Assembly (NCBI GenBank): GCA_010015805.1
Contig: ML978127.1
Location: forward strand, 1,922,001-1,986,000
Direction of reading: 5' to 3'
Source of the DNA: Rhizodiscina lignyota
Taxonomy: Eukaryota
DNA: 64,000 nt
The position numbers were made by a program, and so were the translations under genes. Of the stretch, positions 1-13,076 are shown piece by piece. Numbering within the stretch: the stretch's first letter is position 1; every line of letters starts with the position of its first letter. The notes beneath the pieces were generated by a model. It did not search any database. It had not been told where the DNA came from and saw only the letters and a list, made by a program, of their open reading frames with translations.

Positions 1-1
1 G

Positions 2-136
2 AAGACATACTACAAAAACGCAAAATTCACCCCCTACCTTCAACCGGGAACAAGCCACCATCTCAATTTCGCCACGAACGCTACCGGAGCATTCAAAGTG
101 ATTACGGATTTCTTGGCCTCGAGTGGCCTGAACTAG
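2..136 (+). CDS. 3' end of a fungal alpha/beta-hydrolase (partial, runs off the window start)
   Basis: Frame from base 2 reads KTYYKNAKFTPYLQPGTSHHLNFATNATGAFKVITDFLASSGLN*. This resembles the C-terminal catalytic-His segment (YxQPxTGHxxNxxxNAT...I.DFL...GL) of fungal alpha/beta-hydrolases. Confidence 0.65.
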   Translation, partial: KTYYKNAKFTPYLQPGTSHHLNFATNATGAFKVITDFLASSGLN

Positions 137-350
137 AGTTAGGCGTTGCAGAGTTTGTGAGGCGCTGTTGGGGGTTATTTAAATAATCATCTTCTCTTCT
201 ATAACTCTCGTTCATGTCACTACCATATTCTTATTCATTTTAGAGTCATCATCTGTACCACTATTGAATAATTGATAATTTCCATTCTTCTTCCCCAAGT
301 CTAAGCACATGATGTCTTCATGAATTCAATCTCCTTACATACATTTCAGC

Positions 351-2008
351 TCATGTCAACTCTTGTCTAGGTTGCAAGCCGTGCCAAACGCCAGGGCTAG
401 TGGTACGTTCGCTTTCCTCTAATACTGAAATGGCCTCGTGAAGGCCAGCGGAACTGAGGTAGAACCCAAATCCCATCGAGTTCTGCCCAATGACATATTT
501 CGATGTAATCGGCGACTGGTCGAGCATCGATACCAGCCAATCTCGGAATCGTGGTTGATGCTCCAGTACACTATATGCAAGGCCAATTGGTAGCATGTAG
601 AACAGAGCAGGGTCTTTGCTGTGCTGCACATTGGCACACTGGAACTCGAACACACGACATATCTCGATCGCGGGATCGCGTAGCGCAACGGACATTCCGG
701 GAAGTGAGAGAGAGGAGAAGTATGGGTACGCTGAACTATCTTTATGTGTGCTTGGGGGCTGCGCCGCGGCCATGATTATTGCTGGCGCATTGGAGGGCGC
801 GATTTTCCAGAGAAGACCGATCAGCCACATCTGCACAGCGTTGTACAGGGATATCTCAGTGGCCCTCTCAAATTCGGTGAATTGGAGGATGCTCTCGAAC
901 ATACGACTCTTGGCACTTGGATCTGCAGGAGCTGGGCTTGCTGGCTTTTCGTACACTGTCGCTGAATATAATTCTTGCCAGTGCCACCGCCATCGGAACG
1001 CTCTTTTGAGCTGTCGTTTTACGCGTTCGACTAGAGCGACGTGCGGTCCCGGGTCTGGTTGCTGACTTAGGCGACCATCATCTTCCAGCATACCCGGAAC
1101 GGTGACAAGAATGTCGGCGAGCTGGTTCTGCTGCGATTTGGAGGCCGGATCCAATGCCCAAGGAATGTTTATCCAGCTGTCGTCTTCTAAGAAACATCGC
1201 CGTTTGGATATGATTCCAACAGTGATGAGTGTCGCTCGACAACTCTCGAACGCGCTTCTCAACGGCTGTTGTTGAAATTTCGTGGGTCCGAAGACCATCA
1301 GAAGCTGAATCATTCCCCTAACATGGGATGTTGTTCCAGTTGGATCCTGACGTATAGACTCGTATATCAGCAGAATCATGACTGGGACAAGCAGCCCTTG
1401 GGCATGGGAGTCGGGGCTAACAGCGTTGGACAGCTGGGGGATGAGGGCGCGAATGGCTTTGCCGTACTCTATCGAGGCGTTCGTCTCGACGTTCTGCTGG
1501 CCGTAGAATTTGGCGAAACTGCTCTGTGACAGGGCCAAACTGGCTTGCAAGGCGAGTGGAGAGTATCTGCCGATGGCTGCAAGGCGTAGCCATTCTTGGC
1601 CATAGCTTCGCCAGACGAAATTCTCGAAGAGGAATGCGTGGCAGATGTCGGGTCTGAAAGCTTCGAGATTCAGCGAGTTAGGCACTGTGTTCGCCGTTTG
1701 CTGCTGGAGATAGTCATATCGATTCCTATGATGCATGGCGATGACGTTCTGATCCGTAGATGTCGAAGAAGAAGACGAGGCTGTACCCGAAGCAGAAGCG
1801 ACGGCGATTCGGAAGTGTAATGGTTTCTCATATCCAGCACAGGTGTATCCAGCCTTTTCACACCGTTTACAGGTTGGTTTCCCCTCATCTGCAACACTTG
1901 AGCTTCAAATTCTCAATCCCTGTCAGAATGTCTCGTATACTCACCACACTTCACTCGTCTCTTCCTACATGTATGGCATCCACCGCTTCGACCGGGAACG
2001 CCGACCAT
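351..2008 (-). CDS. Zn(II)2Cys6 fungal transcription factor
   Basis: ATG at 2008; intron 1889-1944 (GTGAG...CAG). Spliced product [41 protein letters not shown] is a complete C6 binuclear cluster, in frame with the 461-aa ORF. Confidence 0.92.
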
Positions 2009-2611
2009 CGTTGCTGTGGAGGAGATTGATGTTCTTTACCTCAGTCCACATCTTGAATTAATTTAAAGAGTTCATTCGAGGACCCGTGCTCTATAGTTTC
2101 CGAGCTGAATGGCACCACGGGCCCCCATGCCAACTTGCTTAATGAGCACGCATACAGATTCGCTTGGTTGTCGGTGGTTGGGCAGCTAGTTCAAGCCGAG
2201 CTGTGGCTGAGGAGATGGTTATAATGTTAACATACGTTGCTGGACTGTTCTCAGCTGCTTTTGTTATATATGAATCTGAGAGTATTCCAAATTCTCTTAT
2301 ACAGTAGCTGAATCAGGGGTAAACCTCCTCGCTATCGAATCATTTCGCAAGCATGAGTGTGCTCGCATTTGGCATCACCTTAATCCCCTCCTAAGCTCAA
2401 TTTGAGCACGCCTTGTGCTCAGCCTAAACGGTGACCCACATCGACATTATAAACCCGATGTGGCTGAGGCGGCTAGGGCCAAGCCCGAACTTCAACACCG
2501 TGACAAATAAATTTGGTCCAGTCCTTCAACCAATCCAACATCCTTTCCAGCATCATGCACCAGTGACAAGAAACTACGAAATATCAATCCACCTTCAAAG
2601 TCACAACAACC

Positions 2612-4276
2612 ATGGCGCTTGCCAGCTGGGCGGTGCCACAGCTCTCCAAAATCTTACCACTAGATGACGAGTCATTGAGAGAAATCGTGACCTATGCGGA
2701 CTCCCTGCCAAAAGAAGCTGCGGCTGAACATTTGAAAAACCTGTTAGGGGATTCTCCACAGGCGTTTGAATTCATATCGAATTTCAATTCACGGCGACAG
2801 GCACCCCAGGCTGCCTCATCTCCGTCTTCTCGGCCGGGAAGCGGGACCGTGACGCCTCGCGAAGATCTATCTGAAGTGCCAAAGGCAAAGCTACATAGGA
2901 AGAAGCCGTCCAAGTTCAACCAGCTGCCTACGCCTAGACGGCCTGACAATTATGGCGATACGTCGGGCGGCTATGTCAAGCGGGGTGAGGAGGACTACAT
3001 GGCTGGAAGGGCAAGGGCGCACAAGGAGGCACAACTCGCGAATACGCTGGCGCTTCAGGAGAAGCCTGATGCTCTGCAAGTACCACTACCCGTCTCTGGG
3101 CCTTCGACAGGGCCGTCGTCTCGAACTTCAACCCCAAAACCACCTCCGTCCGCAGCAGGCCCTCTTATCTCCGACATCAAATCCAAGTCTCGTTCAGGCT
3201 CCCCGGCACCAAGCTCCAAGACGAAGGCAAAGGTGAACATATCTGGTGGCACCAACATGCACGGCCAATCATCGACCATAAACGATCTCGACTCTGCGAT
3301 CCGCACTCTCGAAGTACAAACGAACCCTTCGCTAACCCTCTCAGCCGCCGAAAACGCCAAACGCCGGTGCAACTGCATGGCGACGCGCCATTCACTGCTT
3401 GAAGCCGCCCCCAACTGCCTTAACTGCGGCAAGATCATCTGCGTCAAGCAAGGTCTTGGACCGTGTACGTTTTGTGAAAGTCCATTGCTCTCATCGTCCG
3501 AGATCCAGGCCATGGTCCGCATCCTACGTGATGAGCGTGGGAAAGAGAAAATGGAGGCCAACAATGCAGGCCACAAGCGTGCAGAAGTGTCACGCGCACC
3601 CCGACCATTCGCCAACCTTGCAAAGCCAGGCCTGTCAGACTCCACGCCGGCATCTTCGGCACCATCATCAGACTCCGAGTCCGAGAAGCTGGCGAAGGCA
3701 AAAGAGCACAGGGACAGGCTTCTTGCGTTCCAAGCACAGAATGCTCGGAGAACGCGGGTTCACGATGAGGCCGCAGATTTTGAGACGCCAACAGCCGGGC
3801 AGAGCATGTGGGCAAGTCCGCAGGAGCGCGCGCTGCAGCTGAAGAGGCAACAGAAAGTGCTGAGGGAGCAGGAGTGGAATGCGAGGCCGGAGTGGGAAAA
3901 GAGGAAGGTGGTGGCGAGCATCGACTTGTCCGGGAAGAAGCTTGTGAAGAAGATGGAAAAGATGGAGAGGCCTGCGACCCCGGAGAGTGAGGATGAAGTT
4001 CTAGAGCCTGAGGAGGACAACACTGATCACATGGGTGGGCAAGAAAAAGGAGGCGCGTTTAGCAAGAATCCTTTGCTCGGAACTTTGATCAAACCTGTTG
4101 CGAGAGTTGACGAGAAGGGAAAGGGCGCAGAGGGACGGAGGGCGAAGAAGTCGACGTGGCGGAGAGTACAGGATGATGGTAGCGACAATGAGCAATGGAT
4201 ACTTGATGGGGGAACTTTTGGAGGAAGGGCAGAGGATAGAGTGTTCGAAGCCGAGCACAGCGAAGAGCCTGCATGA
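2612..4276 (+). CDS. RQT4: C2HC5 zinc-finger protein, ASC-1/TRIP4/Rqt4 family
   Basis: CNCMATRHSLLEAAPNCLNCGKIICVKQGLGPCTFC (zf-C2HC5) followed by AKEHRDRLLAF...RTRVHDEAADF; intronless 554 aa. Confidence 0.88.
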   Translation: MALASWAVPQLSKILPLDDESLREIVTYADSLPKEAAAEHLKNLLGDSPQAFEFISNFNSRRQAPQAASSPSSRPGSGTVTPREDLSEVPKAKLHRKKPSKFNQLPTPRRPDNYGDTSGGYVKRGEEDYMAGRARAHKEAQLANTLALQEKPDALQVPLPVSGPSTGPSSRTSTPKPPPSAAGPLISDIKSKSRSGSPAPSSKTKAKVNISGGTNMHGQSSTINDLDSAIRTLEVQTNPSLTLSAAENAKRRCNCMATRHSLLEAAPNCLNCGKIICVKQGLGPCTFCESPLLSSSEIQAMVRILRDERGKEKMEANNAGHKRAEVSRAPRPFANLAKPGLSDSTPASSAPSSDSESEKLAKAKEHRDRLLAFQAQNARRTRVHDEAADFETPTAGQSMWASPQERALQLKRQQKVLREQEWNARPEWEKRKVVASIDLSGKKLVKKMEKMERPATPESEDEVLEPEEDNTDHMGGQEKGGAFSKNPLLGTLIKPVARVDEKGKGAEGRRAKKSTWRRVQDDGSDNEQWILDGGTFGGRAEDRVFEAEHSEEPA

Positions 4277-4462
4277 GGATGAATTCTCTGCTCCACTCTA
4301 ACAGCTTCGAGTTACAGAATCGGTATTGACTAGAGTCGAAACCCATACCGGCAGTTCATCATACCCAGCCAGCACTAGGGAGTTCTCCAAAGAGGCAATG
4401 GTTTTGTTGCCTCTTCACTATCGCTGGTCTCCTGACAGTCGCCTATTACGGTCCGAGAAACG

Positions 4463-5188
4463 TCAATCCCCCTTGACTTCTCCTCCTGCCCCTTCGGCAC
4501 GCTGTCTCATCCTCCTGTACTGAACTAAATAGCACACCAATATGCCACCAGCAAACGCATTCCTCCAAGCCTCTTCATTGTTCCAATTCTTCCATCCACA
4601 CCAAAACTCGCCAGCGATTCCAAGCAACAGCTGTCCGTAACCAGTCCACGGCAAAACATCTCGGATAAATGTCCCACCTCCGAAGTATGTGCATAGCAGA
4701 ATGTGGTGGAAGGTGTTCAGCGCGGCAAAAAGCTGCCACCCATCAGATGCTGGCGACGCAGGTACAACTCGAACCAGTGTGAAGTATGGTGTCGTGAGAT
4801 GGTGAAAACCGAAATGGAAGTTGATAGAGCCTCCGGATGCAAGTACATTGAATATGTCAAGGTACTCGTAGAACTTGGAGAAATGGTAAGCATAGCGCGC
4901 GAAATCGCTAACGTCTTGGAACCCGAGGGAATGTGACAGGTCAAGCCATCTCGAAGCGCAATAGGGGAATTTGTCTACGAGGCCTGGGAGGGACAGCAGA
5001 CTCGATAACAAGAGGAAGAGGGACACAAAACCGTAGAAGCGGCTATTGAATTTGGACAGTGTCGGAGCATATTGGAATTGACCATTGGTACGAACGTAGC
5101 TGCCGATGCTCAGGGCAATGATAACAAATATGATAGTTGAGACGAAGACTTCGGGGAAAGTTGTCAGTACTTTAGATGGACTTTCCAT
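4463..5188 (-). CDS. Divergent GNS1/SUR4 (ELO) fatty-acid elongase-like membrane protein
   Basis: SKFYEYLDI (KxxExxDT box), FHFGFHH (His box) and NTFHHILLCTYF (NxxxHxxMYxYY box); several hydrophobic helices; intronless. Confidence 0.78.
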   Translation of the reverse strand: MESPSKVLTTFPEVFVSTIIFVIIALSIGSYVRTNGQFQYAPTLSKFNSRFYGFVSLFLLLSSLLSLPGLVDKFPYCASRWLDLSHSLGFQDVSDFARYAYHFSKFYEYLDIFNVLASGGSINFHFGFHHLTTPYFTLVRVVPASPASDGWQLFAALNTFHHILLCTYFGGGTFIRDVLPWTGYGQLLLGIAGEFWCGWKNWNNEEAWRNAFAGGILVCYLVQYRRMRQRAEGAGGEVKGD

Positions 5189-5391
5189 GTTTGATGGTTT
5201 TTGAATTAATTATGGAAATATTGCATAGAAGCTTTGAAGTACGATTCCATGTAGTCTTGCGATGAGTCAAACTATGAGTCTTACAGATGGTTCGGAGTAC
5301 GGAGTGTGCATTGCACATTTCGGCCACCCATCTCAGTGGCCCTTTCTCGTGAAAGTCATAATAGGTTCAATTATATATGTGAGTACTCCGT

Positions 5392-5784
5392 ATGATCCTC
5401 GTCGCTGAATATTTAGAGACGGCGTTGGGGTGGCTTCCACCAGAGCTAGACTATGTTGTGGAATAGTTCGAAGAATGGGAAGGCTCTTCGAGCTATGTGG
5501 ACCTGTGAAATAAAAATCTTAGACATTTCGTGTGACATTTCAAGGGTTTCGAATAGAATGGCACTCTAATGATTTCTTTAACGGTTCTCCAATATTTAGG
5601 AGTCGTGCGTATTCGAAGGGTTTTGACGAGTCCAGCTCGATGCCCGCAGATGACAATTTGTCCTGCAATAAACACAGTTCTGAACTTACATGAATATCGA
5701 GAGCCATTTCCAAGCAAACGATTGAGGATTTTACGGAGATGCAGCTACACGACCATTTATCAAGTAATTCCGAATAAGAGCTAA
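5392..5784 (+). pseudogene. Possible decayed gene relic
   Basis: One frame reads MILVAEYLETALGWLPPELDYVVE*FEEWEGSSSYVDL*NKNLRHFV*HFKGFE*NGTL and continues into the 5569-5784 ORF; four internal stops. Confidence 0.3.
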
Positions 5785-6004
5785 GGATGCTTTAGATAGG
5801 TATCTCCCCATTTCGGCAAAGAGGGCACGGAAATGACGGCATTGTACCAACGAAATCATTCCGATCACAAAGTCGAAGCCGAAATGCAGGACCGTCTCAC
5901 GACAAGGAGTCATGCCAATGGCGCCATTCCTAGTTCCACAACAACTATCGAGCCTCAATTCTCCAACCGCCGTACACACCGTCCTATAGCGCTACATCTT
6001 CGAC

Positions 6005-7792
6005 ATGTCGGCCGATCCAGTCGCGGCGGTCACAGAGCTACCCTCCGAACAGCGTCCATTGCTGGGCGACAGTCGAGAACAGGTTACAGACAATGGTACG
6101 ATCGAGCGGCAGCCGGCCGATGATGCAGAACAGCAAGACAGCGGTGATGCCGCTCCTCTGGCGGAGGAGCCGGATACCACGAAACTGGCCCTGATCATGG
6201 GGAGCATGTGGCTTGGGGTGATAATGAACGCTATGGGTACACTCGTCTCATCTCACCCTGCTGAGAAACGTCCTCTAACAGTTCCAATTGCCAGATTCTA
6301 CCATCGTTGCAACGCTCACGGCACCCATAAGCACATCATTCAATTCCTTCAAGCTCCTCTCCTGGCTAGCAACCGCGTACCTCATCTCCAATGCCGCCTG
6401 CCAACCACTTAGCGGGCGGCTTACCGATATATTCGGCAGACGGACAGGTCTGATATGGTCCAATACTCTATTTGCTGTTGGCAACTTGATATGCGGCCTT
6501 GCGAAGAGCGAAGGGATGATAATCATAGGTCGCGTGATTGCAGGAATGGGGGGCGGGTAGGTTCAGAGCCAACAATTTCGAGAGATTGGAGCAATTCCTG
6601 ACTAGTGAACAGAGGCGTGAATACCATTTCTACTTTTGTTGCGTCCGATCTCGTTCCGCTCCGTCGTCGAGGCCTGTGGCAAGGCTATGGCAATCTATGC
6701 TACGGGCTTGGATCCGGCATTGGTGGTGTGTTTGGTGGATGGATAAACGATACTATAGGCTGGCGATGGGCATTCCTCGTCCAGGTCCCAGTTATCGTCA
6801 CTTCGGGCATTCTTGTTGCCTTCAATGTGAAGATTCCAGTCAAAGAGACAGACAAGTCTCGGATTCGCCGAGTTGACTTCCTCGGCGCGTTCACCTTGGT
6901 GCTCAGTCTTGTTTTGCTGCTCTTGGGTCTGAATTCCGGTGGGAACATCGTACCGTGGGATCATCCGCTTGTCCTTGTATCTCTATCGCTTGCGTTCGTC
7001 TGCCTCCTCGCCTTCATCTACGTCGAGGACAGAGTAGCAGCCGAGCCAATCATACCAGTGCGCCTGCTCCTAAATCGAACTGTTCTGTCAGCATGTCTTA
7101 CAAACTGGTTCTCCACAATGGCCGTCTACTCTCTTCTCTACTACGGCCCTATCTACTTCCAAGCCCTCGGACTCTCCACCACAGCAGCAGGCGCACGATT
7201 AATCCCAACCGCCATTGGAACCGCAGTCGGCTCTCTCGGTGCTGGTTGGATTATGCGCCATACAGGCCGTTACTGGTGGCTCAGCTTCGGGACACAAGCC
7301 TGTCTTGTCCTCAGTGCTAGTCTAATCGCAGCTACAATGAACGAGCGACTTTCCGCATGGCCAGTGTTCATCTACTTCTTCCTCGGCGGGACAGGACACG
7401 GAGGGATGCTAACAGTCACACTGTTGGCGCTCATCAGTGCCGTCGATCACAAAGACCAAGCAGTCGTTACGAGCGCGAGCTATGCATTCCGCAGTACGGG
7501 CAGTACTATTGGAATCACGGTGTCGTCGGCAGTATTCCAAAATCTGCTGAACCAGCTGCTGTGGGCAAGGTTTGGCGATCGCCCTGATGCGGCAAAGATT
7601 ATACCGCGCATCCGGGACAGCATCGACGAGATCAAGAGACTGCCACCAGACTGGAAAGTGGGCGTCGTGCGTGTGTACATGGAGGCGCTCCGAGGCGTTT
7701 GGGTCACAATACTCGGGATAGCAGTGCTCGCGGCACTGTCCAGCTTGTTCATGAGGGAGCACATCTTGCATAAAACTTTGGCGCGGAAATGA
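6005..7792 (+). CDS. MFS transporter, DHA2 / Vba-like 14-TM
   Basis: DSTIVAT, QPLSGRLTDIFGRR (motif A), GRVIAGMGGG, SDLVPLRRRG, GWRWAF; two short introns near 6237-6293 and 6557-6612. Confidence 0.92.
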
Positions 7793-7958
7793 GGTATTTA
7801 CACATTACATTAGTTGGCGTATGAGCTAATGAAGCTCCTCAACGAGGGTACGGCCTTCCCATCTGTATGGAAGGAGAAAAGTCCAGTCAGCCCGCTATTT
7901 ACCCAAGACAGTACCGACAAACTCCACCTACTCCACGCTGCCAGGAGTCATGAGACTT

Positions 7959-8991
7959 TCAATGCCTCGACTTGAACAGAGAAGCTGCTCTCATCCTCTT
8001 ATTCAAATTCGTGGCCTTCGGAAGTGCCTTGGTGCAATCAATCAGATTGTTTTTACCACCAGGCACACCAAGTAGGCTCATGCGAGTCATCGCATCAGCG
8101 AATTTGCCAGTCCACTTCCCTTGGTTGTTAACGAATCCCTTGAACTGCTTGCCAACCACTGCGTGAGCCGCAAGGCCACTGTCGGAGGGGAAGACAAAGC
8201 TGCCGGGCTTTGGACTGGTCGTCTCGGAGTAGTATTTGACATCCCAGATGCCTGGCGTTGAGTCCTGGGGCTCGCCTGCGAGGGATTCGTTGACGAAGAA
8301 CTGCCGAGATATCAGCGACTCAAGTACTGTGCGAGTCAAGAAATACACGAACCTGCTTCGATGTGGAGTGTGCTCCTAGAAGCGCTGCCAAGTCGACGTC
8401 GTCGAAGCCCTTGTCTAGGAAGAGGGCGTACAGGCTGTCCGCACTGGCATGTACGTCTGGCAGCAAGCCATTCGGCGCTGGTGTTGAACTGTCCGTCCTG
8501 CCCACATACGTCGTGACTTGCGGACCGCCAGGGCATGTCACGATTGCATGAGCACCTGCGAATTGAAGGAGATCTGCAACGCCGACGCTGCGTTTCGTTG
8601 CCAGAGCCAAGAGTTTGGCCGAGATATCTTGCAGGCCGTTGTTCTCGTCTCGCGTACCAGCTTCGTCCGCAAGAACCAGGCTGCCGTCGCATCCGCCGGT
8701 GCTTCCTTGAGCTTTGTTCCAGGTCCCGCAGTCGTGGAAAGCAGCTCTGATTGCTGCACGCGCATCGTCATTGCATTGGCCGCCCGACAGAAACATTGCA
8801 GTGAGGTCCGAAGACACGGTTGTCCAGATGGCAGGACAATTGCCCTTCCCGCCATCTTTTCTTGGGATGAGAGTGATGTTTGGGAGCGAACGAGGAATGA
8901 GAGACGAGAGTGAGTCTTTGAGAGCTGCGAGGTCGAAAGCGGCCGCAGTGGACACTGCAGCTGCAGTAATGATGACTTCTGAGAACCTCAT
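7959..8991 (-). CDS. Secreted class II fungal heme peroxidase (generic type)
   Basis: Signal peptide; distal RAAFHDC, GGCDGS, ENNGL, CPGGP, proximal LLGAHS, DSTPGIWD, FPSD; intron 8301-8352. Confidence 0.92.
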
Positions 8992-11900
8992 TTTGCTGTG
9001 ATGGAGAGAAATGTGATGGTATCGAGATCAAGACTGAGGTCTCCGGAAGAGAAGAATGGACAAGCTCAGAGTACAGCAAGCTCTTTCCGAGAGAGCCGGA
9101 TCATGGGGAGATCTTATACTTTCCATTCTCATCCTGGCTTTATGAGCTTGTTCACGATAATGTAGGAATGGCGTGTTGGTGCATGCTCGGATAATGGCCG
9201 AGCTTTCCAGATGCCATTATTTTGGTTGATTTGGAACTAGAACGGTTCGAAAATGTCTTCGCACGATCTTGTATGGCTTTTACAATCGCAAGTAACTCTT
9301 GGCTGCCTCTTTCAGACAACCTGGAAAAGATTGTTGTCGAATTATGATACCCTTGACGGAATGAACCGGCCGGCCGCAATGAGCATTTCGGGGATGACTT
9401 TACGATGTTTCTGGCGGTAATGAAAACGCTAATTATCTCATACACTTACCTATATAAGCAAGTAAGAGCAAATTCTATTCATGTCTTACGTAAAAATCGC
9501 AAGGTCGGCTCAAAAGTTCCCCATTTCAGGTCATGACAGAACAATATGGTGGCGTTGTAAGAATTCTCGGTCATGTTCCTCGCCGTGGGACGACGAGCAT
9601 ACTTCCCAAAAGCCACATTGTAAGCGGAATTACCCTGGTTTTGCACTATGGCTTTGCATCTGTGCCGCGGTAAGCCTATAGATGAGATATTGCCTGGAAG
9701 CTTATGGCGAAGGCTGGCTTCGTATTCTTGCTGGTGTTGGAGAGCAGCTGCATGCTGCAGACTCTAGACTAAAGCTGGTAATTTAGGCCCAGGCGAACAG
9801 TGGGAGCCTCACATGTGGAATCACACATGGAACCTGGATCCATGCTACAATTCCATTCAGGAAACTGCGGCGAATTTTGGTGCTGTAAGCTGGCGTGCTA
9901 TCGCACACCGGCGAACGCTCTCGTGTGCTCAGCATCAGGTACAAAAGTGATTTGAGGAGGTGGGCGGGAGGAACCAGAGCGATACGAAGACCATTTGGAA
10001 CGTCCGCTGACAGTCCGTGAGGTTGCCAAGACCTCCACGGAATGGCTCGCTTTCAGGAACAGAGAATTTGAAAGGCGGAAACTTGTTGAGACTTAGCAAC
10101 CTTGAAGGTTTGATCAAGCCTATGCCCAGTGAAGCGAAAAGACATGAGTGACTGGAGGTCGGGGGTCGGGGTAGGCATCCGCCTCTGGGCAAAGAATAGA
10201 CTCGCCTCCTGCCTTGGCAGGACTATGAGATGGGTTGAAAGGGACAAGCGTCCACAGCGGAATGGCGGAGAGGTCCCAAAGAAGGCGAAATGGAACGCTA
10301 GTTCTCAGCCCAGAGATCCCAGATGAGGTAGATCTAGATCCAGCCACTTGAGTCGAAGGTATCGGGTGAGCTCACAGAATCGACGTCGGAGGCAGCCTGC
10401 AGTCTGCGGTCAGCACTTGAATTCGAAATTGTCGACAAACTTCTGCGTAACATACGAAACGCTTTTAACAACTATTGCGATGCTGTACTTCTACCAGAGA
10501 CGCTGCGGAGGGAAAGCTCAAGATTGGGAGTTTACACGTTCGTACAATACTGGTCTGGATGCGTCCAGCGAAGTGGACAGATGGAGAGATCTGGGGAGGA
10601 TCAGGGAAGAGGCCGAAGCATGCCGTCTTGGCAGCCGAGTCAAGTGTAGAAGCGTCATCCTTTAGCCTTGCCAATTGGCCAAGGCAACCAATTGATTCGC
10701 ATTCATTTCTAAGATTAACTAAGACCAACGAGCAACCGAAAAGCCTCCTGTGTGATGCATGGAGTGCATAGAGCTGCATTTACCTTGTTGAACTAGATTC
10801 TTCTGGTATCCTCTGGAGTTCATAAGACCCACTATTTCCATGGCATTTTTTAATGCTTTAAAGTATTGCCCCCTGGGCCACCAGGAGGAGACTCCTTCAG
10901 AGCCAAGACGATAAAAATAGCGCGCTGGGTTGTGTGAGCGTCAAGGCTGCCATCATGGAGTTCCGACGGAATGTCCAAATTCAAGAGAAAAGTTTATCGA
11001 ATTTGGAGGAGTGCTTTGCAGTAAAGAGAATATCAAATAACTCGATTGAGTGACAAATAATGCATGTATTAGGATTACACACTTCTGTCCGCACAAATGT
11101 ATCATTCGGATTCCCCAGCGTCCAATGTTGAAAGCCGACAACTGTAGTGTCTAGATAGCAACCAAGCCCATAAATGGTATGCACCTTCGCGTATTCAGAG
11201 CCTCGAACCATGCGGTTTCCGGGGGCTGTACCCTTGGCCATCAATGAGTCCGCATCCTGCAGCTGGTGAATGATGTTCTCCATCTGCTGAATCTTGACCT
11301 TGAACTCATGAATATACACGATTTTTATGCAGGAGGTGTCATAAAACCTTGTTCATAGCTGCGTTTAAGAGGAACGACCAGCCTCCTGGCAGGGCCCAGT
11401 GCCATTTACAGATTTTCCTTTAAAGGTTTTTGCATTGGGGCTGCAGACTGTGGGTTGACGGGATCGTTCGAGATTCGACCGGCCCCGCTCAAAACAGGTT
11501 CTCAAGCAGCAGATGACTTCATAGACGGCACTTGTTGAGTTCGCTCCAGGATGATCGAAGAGCCTCGGTTGGAACGGCATCCCGCAGTACGCTCGGCATG
11601 CCGGTAATGATCGCAGCTGTTGTCGCCGGAAGAAGCATTGCGGACTATTGGGTTACCATGGAAAGTTGTTGGAGGCGCAGGACGTCGGGGAATAATGGTT
11701 GCTGGTTCTGGCGCTATTTGCAGAGGTGAGACAGCCCAGTATAGTCAACTTCGGACGTAAGGTAACCTGTAACCTTAGGCATGTCTGCGTATTTGAGAGT
11801 TTTGGGACATAGGAGTGCATGGCCAGGTCGAATAGTGAAGTGTCACCCTTATGCTAAAGAGATGGAAGGTTGGACGACTCTATTACAATCAGCATTAACA

Positions 11901-13076
11901 AATTTACGGGCGTATATTCTCATTAAGCCTTAATTATGCCAAAAGAGAGGGAGACTGCTCAAGGAAAAGTAACGTTGGCAATAGATTGATATGGCCTGGA
12001 CATCCTCAGTTGTTTTCCGTCCATTATATGAAACAGCAGATAGTACATGGAATATTCAGATGTACACTAGCAATTGTATTATCAAGCAAACAGATGCTGA
12101 CGAATTGGGTAAAATACGTATGGAACGGAATGAATTGAGAGCGTCCTGAGTTCTTTGAAAGAGTTATCGCAGTGTTTCACGATCAAGACCATCGGAAACC
12201 AATAGGTAACAACGGGACATTTTTATACGTCCGTTTCGTTAACCACGCGCCCTCTTATCATTCAAGTCGTTTCTGAAATCGCTGGTGGTAAGCTGAAAGA
12301 TGGGTCGCATATGTCCTCAGTCGGCGCGATGCTACGGGGGCTCATTCGATGTGTCGAATTTGTGGCAAGGTTACAGTACTTCACTCCGACTCCCTAAAGC
12401 GGCATGTCGAGGAGAAAGCAGAATGTATGAAGATCCTCATCATGAGTAGAGAGTGGCCAGAGGCGGATTCCAGTTTGTCGTTGTGACCATGTAAGATTGG
12501 ATTCGTCGTCGACGTTGGGGAAAAGATGAGGCTGGCAACAGACGCGCGGCAACTGCGGCTGAGGTATCTATAATTGAGTCGGTGAAGACTGATTTTGAAA
12601 TTCTCTTATTTCAAACATCTCGTTGAAGGTTTCCTTTTTACGATTCTGTCGAAAAGGCCAGTCATGTGGATACTTAATATCGAGATTTGGCTGTCCTAGG
12701 TATACCGTGTTGCATCAGTTAGGCGTCCAAGTTTAAACAGAATCATTTCAGTTCCAGCACAGCTCAAAAGTGTCACAGTTTTCCGAGGGCAAAGGAGTTT
12801 GGAGAGACGAGAGATGTGGAGAGAAGATAACATTTAAAATAAAATTGATGCTAATAAGCAGAACGCTGCTTGCGATCTAGGCCGCGCCTTCCTGACGACT
12901 GTCGTGCAACTCAAGGCCTGGACTCCTTTGTTTAGCCACCTTTTCTAACCTACCACCAGCTTCGTACTTTGTACCTCATGCTCGTGAGCTGACATTGAGC
13001 ATCATAATTCCAGTTTATATGCAGAAACTTCCCTCTGTGTCCACTTGGAGCGTTTTCATTAATCGGGCCGCCAAAC

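Noticed and set aside
7959..8991. Ligninolytic (LiP/MnP/VP) identity or peroxisomal targeting of the peroxidase
   Set aside because: I see no acidic Mn-binding set or clear catalytic Trp. The C-terminal SRH is not a PTS1, and the protein has a signal peptide.
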